From NCBI GenBank assembly GCA_015486895.1, contig WFQT01000412.1, forward strand, positions 1 through 44,565: a stretch of DNA of 44,565 nucleotides, given 5' to 3'. Position 1 is the first letter of the stretch; each line of letters opens with the position of its first letter. Below, in pieces: positions 6,769 to 15,444 of the stretch. Under the pieces are notes generated by a model, which had not been told where the DNA came from, did not search any database, and worked only from the letters and a program-made list of their open reading frames with translations. The position numbers were made by a program, and so were the translations under genes. This stretch comes from Anaerolineae bacterium (GTDB taxonomy: Bacteria > Chloroflexota > Anaerolineae > JAADDB01).

Positions 6769-8328
6769 TCACCGCCCGCCCAATGTCAGCGTATCCAGGA
6801 TTGTCTTTAGCAAAATCACGATATCCAGCCACGGCGACTGGTGCTTGATGTAGTAGAGGTCATACTGGAGTTTGAGAAGCGCATCTTCTTTGGAGGCACC
6901 ATAGCCCTGCTTGACCAGGCCCCAACCGGCCATGCCGGGCTTGACAGCATGACGCACTCGGTAGAAGGGGATTTCCTGGGCCAGTTCCTCCACGAACTCG
7001 GGCCGCTCGGGGCGGGGACCGACGGCACTCATCTCGCCCTTGAGGATGTTGAGGAACTGGGGGAACTCGTCCACGTGAGTCCGGCGCAAGATACGCCCCA
7101 CCCGAGTCACGCGAGGGTCTTTCTTCTGCGCCCAGACGGCCTTTCCTTTCTCGGCATCGGGTACCATGGAACGGAACTTGTAGACCCGAAAGATGCGGCC
7201 GCCTTTGCCCACCCGCGCCTGACGGTAGAAGATGGGGCCGGGGCAGTCCAGGTAGATGGCGGCGACGATGAAGGGAGTAGCAAAGGCCAGCAGGAACAGG
7301 CCGATGGAGGCCAGGACGACGTCCATCAGCCGTTTGATCATTGGCCATAGGGTACCGCTACCCCGGTGGTGGATGGGCATGGCCACGTACCAGTTGCCAC
7401 CGACGTGCTCCACCGGCACCCGGCCAGTGAGTTGCTCATAGAGCACGGGCATGGGGATGATCTCCACCCCCAGCTCCAGGCAGTCCATCAGGATCTGCAG
7501 CAGTTCGCCGTTGACCTCGTGGGTGATGGCCAGAATCAGCGTAGTGGCCTGATGTTGGGCAATCAGATCCTTGAGAACGTAACGATCACCCAACACCAGA
7601 CAAGGAGAGAGGGAGATGGGGTGAGGGGGAGAATCCCCTTGTCCCCTTGTCCCCTTGTCTCCTTGTTCCCCTGTTACCATTCTTCCCTGTTTCACCGGAT
7701 CGTCGTCTACGAAGCCCAGGATGTGAAAGGTGCCGTCGCCATCCTGGAACAGGGCCTTGAGGATGGTGTGGCCGGCCCAGCCGGCGCCGATGATGAGGGC
7801 GCGGCGCTGAAAGAAGGGCTGAGCCAGGACCAGGACGTAGAGGCCCCGCCCAGCTAAGAGCAGGGCAATGACCAGCAATGGAAAAGCTGCCAGAGCGAAG
7901 CGGCGAACGGGCAGGGCAGGGGTGAGGAAAGGGATCAGCAGGTAGACGAGGGACGTAAATAGCCCGGCCTTGAGCACTGCCAGCGCGGCCGTGGACATCC
8001 GCCCGGCCACGCGCAGGTCGTAGGCATCGAAGGCGTGGGCCAGTGGGAACCACAGAACGCTCAGGAGCAAGAACCAGAGAGGATGGTCAATGAGCAGCCC
8101 CCAGTCCAAGTTATGTCCGGGCCGCAGAGCCAGCGCCAGGAGCAGGGCACCGTTAATCGCCAGCAAGTCGAGACCCATCAAGAGCAGGCGGCGTTCGGAG
8201 ACGCGCAGGGGAAGACGGAAGAGAGAAAATGGACGATGGAAAATAGATAAGAAGGAATGGGGCCACACACTGCTGTGTGAACCAACTTCCGTAATGTTCG
8301 GCATGCTGTCCTTTGAGTGTGCTGTCAT
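6769..8328 (-). CDS. Initiating polyprenyl-phosphate glycosyl-phosphotransferase (WbaP/EpsL-type, large form)
   Basis: The C-terminal bacterial sugar-transferase domain reads ..PIFYRQARVGKGGRIFRVYKFRSM...DEFPQFLNILKGEMSAVGPRPERP...PGMAGWGLV.. The N-terminus has multi-TM helices and a Rossmann-like segment (LIIGAGWAGH). Confidence 0.9.
   Translation of the reverse strand: MTAHSKDSMPNITEVGSHSSVWPHSFLSIFHRPFSLFRLPLRVSERRLLLMGLDLLAINGALLLALALRPGHNLDWGLLIDHPLWFLLLSVLWFPLAHAFDAYDLRVAGRMSTAALAVLKAGLFTSLVYLLIPFLTPALPVRRFALAAFPLLVIALLLAGRGLYVLVLAQPFFQRRALIIGAGWAGHTILKALFQDGDGTFHILGFVDDDPVKQGRMVTGEQGDKGTRGQGDSPPHPISLSPCLVLGDRYVLKDLIAQHQATTLILAITHEVNGELLQILMDCLELGVEIIPMPVLYEQLTGRVPVEHVGGNWYVAMPIHHRGSGTLWPMIKRLMDVVLASIGLFLLAFATPFIVAAIYLDCPGPIFYRQARVGKGGRIFRVYKFRSMVPDAEKGKAVWAQKKDPRVTRVGRILRRTHVDEFPQFLNILKGEMSAVGPRPERPEFVEELAQEIPFYRVRHAVKPGMAGWGLVKQGYGASKEDALLKLQYDLYYIKHQSPWLDIVILLKTILDTLTLGGR
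7635..7674. repeat. Octanucleotide tandem repeat inside the transferase coding sequence
   Basis: Units read: ccccttgt x3 (7635-7658), then ctccttgt and tcccctgt. A purine-rich partial inverse lies at 7598-7632. The region encodes ..GEQGDKGTRGQGDSPPHPISLSPC.. in the inter-domain linker. Confidence 0.9.
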
Positions 8329-8329
8329 A

Positions 8330-8971
8330 CTATGTTTGCTCCAGCAAAATTCTCACAACCCGTTCCACCACGTGGCCGTCGCCATAGAAACTGACCGCCT
8401 GGGCCAGCGTCCTACCGGACCAACCGGCGCCCACCACCAAAGCGGTCTGGTGAAACGCAGGCTGCACGAACACCCTGGCATAGGTCAGGCGCCACACGGC
8501 CACACCTGCCACGGCCATGGCAGGGAAGAGCAGCAGGTTCAAGCGGCGCTCGGGCAAGGGCGGGGTCAGGTAAGGGATAAGGAGGTACAGCCCCGCCGTG
8601 AGGAGAACAGCACCGCTGGCAGACCAGAGGGAGTGCATGGGGCTGGCGGCTTTGGCCAAATCGTAGACGTTCAGGAAAGCTCCTGCCGTGAACCACACCA
8701 ACAACAACGTCACGATCCAGGACACGTGCGTGCCTCCGGTACCATCCCCTACGTGCAGGTAGATCCACAAGGCTGCCGTCAGTATGAGGACGTCTGCAAT
8801 CTCTAGCAGTATCCGGCGTTCAGAGAAACGGAGGGAAAAGGGGGGCATTGTAGAAGGGGAACGCCGCTTCTCTCCGCCGGACTCTACAGATGCGCGTGCA
8901 GACGGCTCAGATGTAGTCCCCGATTGAGAAGCAAGCACTGGCTCCGAATTCTTGAGGGACGCTTGATTCAT
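8330..8971 (-). pseudogene. Truncated paralogue of the N-terminal membrane domain of a polyprenyl glycosyl-phosphotransferase
   Basis: It aligns by eye with the N-terminal roughly 200 aa of 6769-8328 (SERRILL..., LIPYLTPPLPERR, LVVGAGWSGRTLAQAV). It then stops a few residues into the Rossmann-like segment. No catalytic domain is present. Confidence 0.6.
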
Positions 8972-9004
8972 CGTGAGAAAATCCCTCCTGTATGGAGTAG
9001 AACC

Positions 9005-10108
9005 TTAGTATCCACTCCATGGTACCTTTCGCGGTGGTAAAGGGAATGTTAGAACTCCCCAGAGAAAGCCCATGCCCCAACTCAGATGCAGCACAGCGAA
9101 CACGACCACAACCGTTATCGCCAGCCTGATGCATCCCACCACACTAGTGTGTAAGTGGTTACGTTTCGATACTGCAAAAGTAGCCGCGGTCAGTGCTGAG
9201 ATCAAATAGACGGTGAGTATAGATCCCAAGAGAACCATCTGCCCTTTCCACAAACCTGCTATAATGCCTGCAATAATGCTCAGTATGAACAGTGGAGGAA
9301 CTAGCTGCCTTACTTTCAGTGAATCAGGATGTTTTTTTAGGGTCTGAACTTTCCAATAGCCATATTGGAAATATTGTCTCCACAATTTGGATAGGGTAGA
9401 GCGGACGTAGTAAACAGTACGAAGTTCTGGGGTAAGAAATATACGTCCGCCAGCCTTAATTAACCGGTGATTAAACTCATAATCCTGATTTCGTAAGAAG
9501 TTTTCATCAAAAGAACCTATTCGCTCAAATACCTCACGACGATAGGCACCAAAAGCCACGGTATCTACTTGCATGGGGTCTTTGCTCCCTGTACGAAAAC
9601 GGGCATTACCCACACCAAAGGGCGAACTCTGTGCTAAAGCAGTAGCCCTGGCAGTCCACGTCTCTCCAACCGTTTCCAACTGTCCACCAAAGCACTCTGC
9701 GCTATAGTTCTGAAGCCCCTCCACACACCGACCCACATAGTCATGAGGAATCTCACAATGCCCGTCCACGCGAATGATAATGTCTCCGCGGGCATGGCGC
9801 AGGCCAATGTTGAGGGCAGTGGGGACAATGCGAGAGGGATTGTCGAGGAAGCGGATAGGTGGTGGGCGGTAGCTGGTAGCTGATAGCTGATGGCTGGTGG
9901 AAGGTGGCGGGACCTTGGCACCGATTTGTCGAACAAGCTCACGAGTGCCATCGTCCGACATGCCATCCACGACCAGTATCTCCATGCGGTCAGCAGGGTA
10001 GTCCTGAGCCAGTACCGCGCTCAAGCTGCGCTCGATGTACGCGGCTTCGTTGCGGATAGGCATGATAACGGAAACAAAAGGCAATTGCCGGTTAGATTGT
10101 GTAGCCAT
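9005..10108 (-). CDS. Family-2 glycosyltransferase, ExoA-like, with C-terminal TM helices
   Basis: VSVIMPIRNEAAYIERSLSAVLAQDYP...ILVVDGMSDDGT...NPSRIVPTALNIGLRHARGDIIIRVDGH...NQDYEFNHRL...QYGYWKV. It contains a heptamer-derived insert, PPPSTSHQLSATSYRPPP. Confidence 0.85.
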   Translation of the reverse strand: MATQSNRQLPFVSVIMPIRNEAAYIERSLSAVLAQDYPADRMEILVVDGMSDDGTRELVRQIGAKVPPPSTSHQLSATSYRPPPIRFLDNPSRIVPTALNIGLRHARGDIIIRVDGHCEIPHDYVGRCVEGLQNYSAECFGGQLETVGETWTARATALAQSSPFGVGNARFRTGSKDPMQVDTVAFGAYRREVFERIGSFDENFLRNQDYEFNHRLIKAGGRIFLTPELRTVYYVRSTLSKLWRQYFQYGYWKVQTLKKHPDSLKVRQLVPPLFILSIIAGIIAGLWKGQMVLLGSILTVYLISALTAATFAVSKRNHLHTSVVGCIRLAITVVVVFAVLHLSWGMGFLWGVLTFPLPPRKVPWSGY

Positions 10109-10109
10109 G

Positions 10110-10883
10110 TTATTTCCTACAGGATGGTTTGGAGAGCTTGATTAACACCTGCCACGCTTGTCGCCTTAACCCAGGTATCCGGAAGAGCCGAGCATCCAGA
10201 GATTCCAGTGCATCCAGAACCATCGATTGCAATCCTCGAGGTTTGATCAATGCTGCGATTATTGCAGTTAGGTAGAAATATCTGACTTCGACATGATCAA
10301 ATTGATCAGACAAGTGCCTAATATCCTCGTGTAATAACGGATGTTCGTCTGGAGTGCGAATCTGTGGAGTAAAGTAACGGTAAATGTTGATGAAAGGATT
10401 ATGTCCCAAAGGTTCGAGGAAAACGGCAAAGCCGCCTGGATCCAAAACGCGACAAATTTCAGGAAGGGCTTGGCTGAGGTCAAGATGGTGCAATATTCCA
10501 GCACCATATATTATCCCAAAGGAATTATCTCCAAAACCCAGGACCTCACCATCCATCTGGATAAAACAAATGCCACCCCGAAGACCCTCACTTCTCCGCC
10601 TTGCCTGCTGCAAGGCAACCTCTGAAATATCAATCCCAAGAACCCGGCACCTACGTTGTGCCAATCGAAACATGTTGCTACTGCCAATACCACACCCGTA
10701 CTCCAAAGCCATGGTTCCTGGGATACACATAGCCAACTCGGCTCTCAATGCGTCATGTATCGAGCGTGTAATCGAGTAGAATCGTGCCACTTTTCTAGAG
10801 CGCTCGTCCGGGTGTCGGAATCGAAGGTTATGCAGTGAGCGTTCACGTGCGACGCGCTGCTCCTTGCCTATCTCATGCATCAT
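10110..10883 (-). CDS. Class I SAM-dependent methyltransferase
   Basis: SAM motif I ALEYGCGIGSS, LGIDIS, and the Methyltransf_11-like GAGILHHL..RVLDPGGFAVFLEP. The start is set at the ATGATG at 10878-10883, preceded by GGGGGGAGAAT. The ORF track fuses it to the upstream remnant. Confidence 0.8.
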   Translation of the reverse strand: MMHEIGKEQRVARERSLHNLRFRHPDERSRKVARFYSITRSIHDALRAELAMCIPGTMALEYGCGIGSSNMFRLAQRRCRVLGIDISEVALQQARRRSEGLRGGICFIQMDGEVLGFGDNSFGIIYGAGILHHLDLSQALPEICRVLDPGGFAVFLEPLGHNPFINIYRYFTPQIRTPDEHPLLHEDIRHLSDQFDHVEVRYFYLTAIIAALIKPRGLQSMVLDALESLDARLFRIPGLRRQAWQVLIKLSKPSCRK

Positions 10884-11249
10884 ATTCTCCCCCCTATTGC
10901 GGCTACTTTGTCTTCTGGATAACACTAGTAAGATCGGTTCCCTGTGCATGGCGCAGGCCGATCTTGAGTGCGGTGGGGACAATGCGAGAGGGATTATCGA
11001 GGAGGCGGATAGGTGGTGGGCGATAGCTGATAGCTGATGGCTGATGGCTGGTGGCAGGGACCCGGCGGCGATCTGTCGAACAAGCTCGCGCGTGCCATCG
11101 TCCGACATGCCATCTACAACCAAGACCTCCATGCGATCAGCAGGGTAGTCCTGAGCCAGTACCGCGCTCAAGCTGCGCTCGATGTACGCGGCCTCGTTAC
11201 GGATGGGCATGATGATGGTGACGAAGGGATGGTCATACTTTGAACCCAT
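10884..11249 (-). pseudogene. Duplicated 5' fragment of the ExoA-like GT2 gene, frame-broken
   Basis: Residues FVTIIMPIRNEAAYIERSLSAVLAQDYPADRMEVLVVDGMSDDGTRELVRQI differ at 3 of 52 positions from 9005-10108. DNA homology runs about 10940-11249 against 9790-10108. The frame is lost in the heptamer tract. Confidence 0.8.
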
Positions 11250-12019
11250 CAGTGGCTTTCCCTCAATCGCATTCTCTTTTCAAGTTCATCAGCGCGTTGC
11301 CGGATCTCTGCATGACGGGAACGACGGAAATAACTTGCTGCTCGTTCCCACTCGCCTAGTTGTTCTGCCGTAACGCCCGCCCGATAGCAACCGTTGGAAC
11401 CAGGGTCGCCGTTGTAACATGAGTTCTGATAGGCTTCGATAGCGGCTTCAGGATCATGGGCGCGCAGAACATCTCCCAATTCTCGCCAGCGCAAGCCGTC
11501 TCTCGGATTCAGGCTCAGCCCTTTACGAAACAAAAAGGTGATTGCGTCCCGGTTGGCGTCGTTTACTGCACTAGGCATGCCGTTTACGAATCCGGCTTTT
11601 ATCTCAGCAAGCCAAAACCACGATTCGGCATCATCAGGCTGTAGTTCGAGCGCCGTGGTGGCCAGACGCTCGTCTTTCGGGATCACAGAGCGAAGCAGCG
11701 GGACATAAAAGGGGCCACATGCAAGGACTTTAGGAGACAAACCAACATTGTCCTCTCCCAAGGCATATTCAACGCGCAATCGCAACCAGAGGACGTGACA
11801 ACTATGCCACATGTCTTCATCAGAGAGAAACCTGTGAGCGCGATCCAATTGTACAAAGTTACCGTTTATCCCGTGCATAGCAGCCACGGCAGAGCGATTC
11901 AATAACCAGCGATCACCCAGATGTGAGGAATAATTGCCGATCCAGACGATGGCTACAACGAGCAGGGCCAACGAAGTGACGATACCGCGCCAGCCTGTAG
12001 CCCGAAAATTTTCTAACAT
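11249..12019 (-). CDS. Membrane-anchored TPR-like repeat protein, function unknown
   Basis: N-terminal hydrophobic helix (GIVTSLALLVVAIVWIG), then TPR-like helical repeats (..LELQPDDAESWFWLAEI.., ..LSLNPRDGLRWRELGDVL..AIEAYQNS..). Confidence 0.4.
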   Translation of the reverse strand: MLENFRATGWRGIVTSLALLVVAIVWIGNYSSHLGDRWLLNRSAVAAMHGINGNFVQLDRAHRFLSDEDMWHSCHVLWLRLRVEYALGEDNVGLSPKVLACGPFYVPLLRSVIPKDERLATTALELQPDDAESWFWLAEIKAGFVNGMPSAVNDANRDAITFLFRKGLSLNPRDGLRWRELGDVLRAHDPEAAIEAYQNSCYNGDPGSNGCYRAGVTAEQLGEWERAASYFRRSRHAEIRQRADELEKRMRLRESH

Positions 12020-12029
12020 TTTCGATGTA

Positions 12030-12320
12030 TCACTGTGCTTTAAGCGTTCTAATCAACAGGTGACAACCGGCCCGGGCTGCAGAGATAGCAACATCCAGAT
12101 GGAGCGCCGTAGGGTTAGAGACGACTACAGCATCCGGCTTGTAGTGATTCAGGGCAAATTCCAGGTCACGCTCTGCCGGATACCCTGCAAGTTCCGCATC
12201 CGGGAGTACGGAAAGGCCTGAACGCACCAGCACTATGTCCTGTACCCCCAACTTTTCCAGGTTGTGAAGGTGTCTGCGGCCTATGGAATCTAAACCTACT
12301 ACAAGGAATGTACCGGTCAT
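12030..12320 (-). pseudogene. N-terminal Rossmann fragment of a Gfo/Idh/MocA oxidoreductase
   Basis: FLVVGLDSIGRRHLHNL...KPDAVVVSNPTALHLDVAISAARAGCHLLI parallels the first roughly 110 aa of 29838-30893. It ends where EKP would follow. The other roughly 250 aa are absent. Confidence 0.65.
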
Positions 12321-12344
12321 AATCGCAAGGGGGATTGTTCGTGT

Positions 12345-13337
12345 CTAAGCATTCCGAGCATGCCGATGTGAAATTGCAGCATTGTAAACCTCAATCACCT
12401 GCTCCGTAAGCAGTTTCTCGTCCAAGTCACGGACATGTTCACGCCCATTTACTCTCCTCCCTTCCATTGAAAACACTTGCTCTAGTGCCCGAGTGATTGT
12501 CCTGGGATCATCGTCAGCACACACAATGCACCCTTCAATACCCTCGATCCGCTTGCGCACATCACCGACATCCGTTGATACAACGGGGACATTGCATGCA
12601 AGCGCCTCCTTAACCACATTGGGGGAGCCCTCATGACGCGACGTCAAAAGCAAAACATCCGCGGCGTTCATGTAGTAGGGCATTTGGTCGTGCTTGATAC
12701 CACGCGCTACAGGAATGTCCACATCGGGATATTTTTGCCTCACAAGACCGACAGCAGCCTGTGCCAGTTCGTATCTCTTTCTAGCAACCGAAGGATCTCC
12801 ACCAAAGAACACAATTTTCCGTTCCAACGGCAATTTTAATAGGATTCGTGCCTCGTTGCGGTCAGTTGGCCGAAAAAGCGACAAATCAACGCCACTAGGT
12901 ATCACATGATAGCGACGACCAGGCAACTTCCTCCCTAAGTGCTCGGAAACAACGATGATCTCATCGGCCAGTAGTGACACGCTTACAGATATAAACTTCA
13001 AAACCTTCCCCACCAGCAGGTAACGCCCGTTCGGACCGACGATTCCTTCCAAATCGCTGCCACGATACGTCACTACCAGGGGTAGACGTTTGGGCAGAGC
13101 GAGAAGAGCGCTTTGCCCCCACTGAGCATGGACCAAGTCGTAACGGTGTCGGGATAGTTTGCGACGTACCATTCGCCAAGCTTTCAAATAGTTGAGTGGC
13201 TTCTTACCCCCTCGGAAATGAAACACATCCACATCTACCCCGGCTTTCCGCAAGAAATCAACCTGGCGAACAATGAACGGAACTGCGTACGGGTGTTCCG
13301 CGGATGGCCACTCACTGGTGATCATAAGAACGCGCAT
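12345..13337 (-). CDS. GT4-family glycosyltransferase
   Basis: GT-B layout with the C-terminal EX7E region LLTSRHEGSPNVVKEALACNVPVVSTDVGD. Confidence 0.8.
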   Translation of the reverse strand: MRVLMITSEWPSAEHPYAVPFIVRQVDFLRKAGVDVDVFHFRGGKKPLNYLKAWRMVRRKLSRHRYDLVHAQWGQSALLALPKRLPLVVTYRGSDLEGIVGPNGRYLLVGKVLKFISVSVSLLADEIIVVSEHLGRKLPGRRYHVIPSGVDLSLFRPTDRNEARILLKLPLERKIVFFGGDPSVARKRYELAQAAVGLVRQKYPDVDIPVARGIKHDQMPYYMNAADVLLLTSRHEGSPNVVKEALACNVPVVSTDVGDVRKRIEGIEGCIVCADDDPRTITRALEQVFSMEGRRVNGREHVRDLDEKLLTEQVIEVYNAAISHRHARNA

Positions 13338-13347
13338 GATTAGGCCT

Positions 13348-15282
13348 TTATGGGCGAATAAAATGATCCCACCAGATTTGCAAAATAAGGTGTATCCAGA
13401 CCCTGTGCCTTAGCTGATACGCGCTGACAGGCAGGTGAAGGGCTTCAGGATCTTTCAGCAAGATATCCCGTATTTCCACAACCCTTGTGGGATCAAAAAT
13501 CCCTTGTTCCCTTATTCTTTGCTCAGATAGCATATCAACTAGCAAGGACCTCCAGTTTTGCTTTCTGAACCAAGAAGCAAATGGTAGCTCAAATCCATGT
13601 TTTTTGCGATTGAGGATAGAGACTGGCAGCAAATCTCGAAAAGCGTGTTTAAGTACAATTTTCTGCGAGCCGCCCCGCAGTTTGAAGTTGATGGGCATGC
13701 GGATCGCCCACTCGACTACTTGATGATCGAGAAAGGGTGAACGCACCTCCAGAGAGCAAGCCATTGACGCACGATCCACTTTCGTTAACATGCCATCTGC
13801 TAAGTGGTGCATAAAATCCCACGCCATATAACGGGCCAGCCCGTCTCCATCAATCACAGATAGCTGCTCCCGCATCATGGCGTTGGTTGAATACCTCCCG
13901 AGCCTAGAGCGCCACTCGGGACTGTACATGTTAGATTTGGCCCCCTCCTCAAAATATGTAGACATTGCGATAATTCTATCAATCTCATCTAGGCGGCCGA
14001 GAGCAAAAGCCTTTCCTATCCGTCTTAACTTTTCCGCGCCACTAAGCCAAAATGTTTGGACCAAACGCCTTATTATACCAGATATTGTGCCCAACATCCC
14101 TTCAGGCAGAAAAGGAATCCTGGCCAGAAAAGAAACCCAATAAAAATAGCGGTAGATATTATACCCAGCGAAAAGCTCATCCCCCCCATCCCCGGACAAA
14201 GCCACAGCAACATGACGGCGCGCAGCCTGAGCAACCCAGTAAGTGGGAATAAACGAAGAATCTGCGAATGGCTCATCCATATACCAGACAAGATTAATTA
14301 AATCGTCCGGTGTAAAATTGTCTGCATCCACACAGCTATCAATGTGCTGAGTTTGAAATTTCGATGCAACATGCCTTGCATAACCTCTCTCATCAAAACG
14401 AGGATCCGAAAATCCTATACTGAAGGTACGCACTGTGGGCAGGTACTGCGCCATAAGCCCTACTACTACAGAAGAATCGATACCTCCACTTAGAAAAGCA
14501 CCCAATGGCACATCACTGCGGAGTCGTATCCTCACTGCTTCGCGGAGGATCTCTTTAAGCCCGCTAGCATACTCTTCCATACTCCACGATCTATTCACTG
14601 CCAGCAAAGGCTCCCAATAACGCCGAAGCGCGTATGATCCACGCCCAACATCAGCAATCAACATACTTGCCGGTTCCAGTTTGTATATTCCTTCAAAAAT
14701 GCTTTTTGGCGCGGGAATATACAACAACGAGAGATAATCGTGCAAAGCCTCTCTATTAATGTCGCGCGCAAACTCTGGCCACTCAGTAAGAGCCTTTATC
14801 TCGGAAGCAAACGCTAACTGGTTGCCTTTTTGTCCGTAGAATAACGGCTTCTGGCCTACACGATCTCGCACAAGGAACAGCAATTTACGTTTAGAATCCC
14901 ATAATGCAATGACAAACATGCCTCGCAGCTTGTCAACAAAATGTTCCCCGAAAGATTCATAAGCGTGAACGATTACCTCTGTATCTGACCTGGTCACAAA
15001 ATGGTGTCCTTTTGCCTCAAGTTCTCGCCGTAAACCCAAATAATTGTATATCTCCCCATTCAGCATCACCCAAATATCTTTTTTCTCGTTTGATACGGGT
15101 TGGTGTCCAGTTTCCAAGTCAATTATGCTCAACCTTCGAAAACCGAAGGCCACGGGACCATCTACTAAAAAGCCCACATCGTCAGGCCCTCTGTGGACAA
15201 TTTTCGATGCCATCTGCTCCACGGCTGCAGGCTGTTCAATGTGTTTCCCATCTATATTTAAGATACCCACCAGTCCACACAT
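13348..15282 (-). CDS. asnB: Asparagine synthase (glutamine-hydrolysing), EPS-cluster type
   Basis: N-terminal MCGLVGIL (Cys2 nucleophile), RGPDD, and the PP-loop LSGGIDSS; 644 aa. Confidence 0.9.
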   Translation of the reverse strand: MCGLVGILNIDGKHIEQPAAVEQMASKIVHRGPDDVGFLVDGPVAFGFRRLSIIDLETGHQPVSNEKKDIWVMLNGEIYNYLGLRRELEAKGHHFVTRSDTEVIVHAYESFGEHFVDKLRGMFVIALWDSKRKLLFLVRDRVGQKPLFYGQKGNQLAFASEIKALTEWPEFARDINREALHDYLSLLYIPAPKSIFEGIYKLEPASMLIADVGRGSYALRRYWEPLLAVNRSWSMEEYASGLKEILREAVRIRLRSDVPLGAFLSGGIDSSVVVGLMAQYLPTVRTFSIGFSDPRFDERGYARHVASKFQTQHIDSCVDADNFTPDDLINLVWYMDEPFADSSFIPTYWVAQAARRHVAVALSGDGGDELFAGYNIYRYFYWVSFLARIPFLPEGMLGTISGIIRRLVQTFWLSGAEKLRRIGKAFALGRLDEIDRIIAMSTYFEEGAKSNMYSPEWRSRLGRYSTNAMMREQLSVIDGDGLARYMAWDFMHHLADGMLTKVDRASMACSLEVRSPFLDHQVVEWAIRMPINFKLRGGSQKIVLKHAFRDLLPVSILNRKKHGFELPFASWFRKQNWRSLLVDMLSEQRIREQGIFDPTRVVEIRDILLKDPEALHLPVSAYQLRHRVWIHLILQIWWDHFIRP

Positions 15283-15444
15283 CTTCTCTCACCCATTACA
15301 AGTAAGTGGTCCGCTAAGACAATGAAAGTATTAGGAGACTTATTTGTTATCGCCATGATACCAGAATGTGTCATGTCACCCCTTGTGCTTCAAAACCGCA
15401 GAAAGTAGCAAGTGGATACAAGCGACCGCATTCTCCAGTAAAAC

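Noticed and set aside
10110-11249. The 379-aa ORF as a designed GT2-methyltransferase fusion protein
   Set aside because: Only about 60 residues of GT2 are in frame. The next roughly 60 residues are a frame-shifted read of GT2 sequence plus junction DNA. The methyltransferase has its own ATG and strong SD at 10883.
15283-15444. Internal promoter in the 160-nt gap upstream of asnB (TGgTATCAT on the minus strand)
   Set aside because: Only an extended -10-like element is present, with no acceptable -35. This is too weak to call without transcript data.
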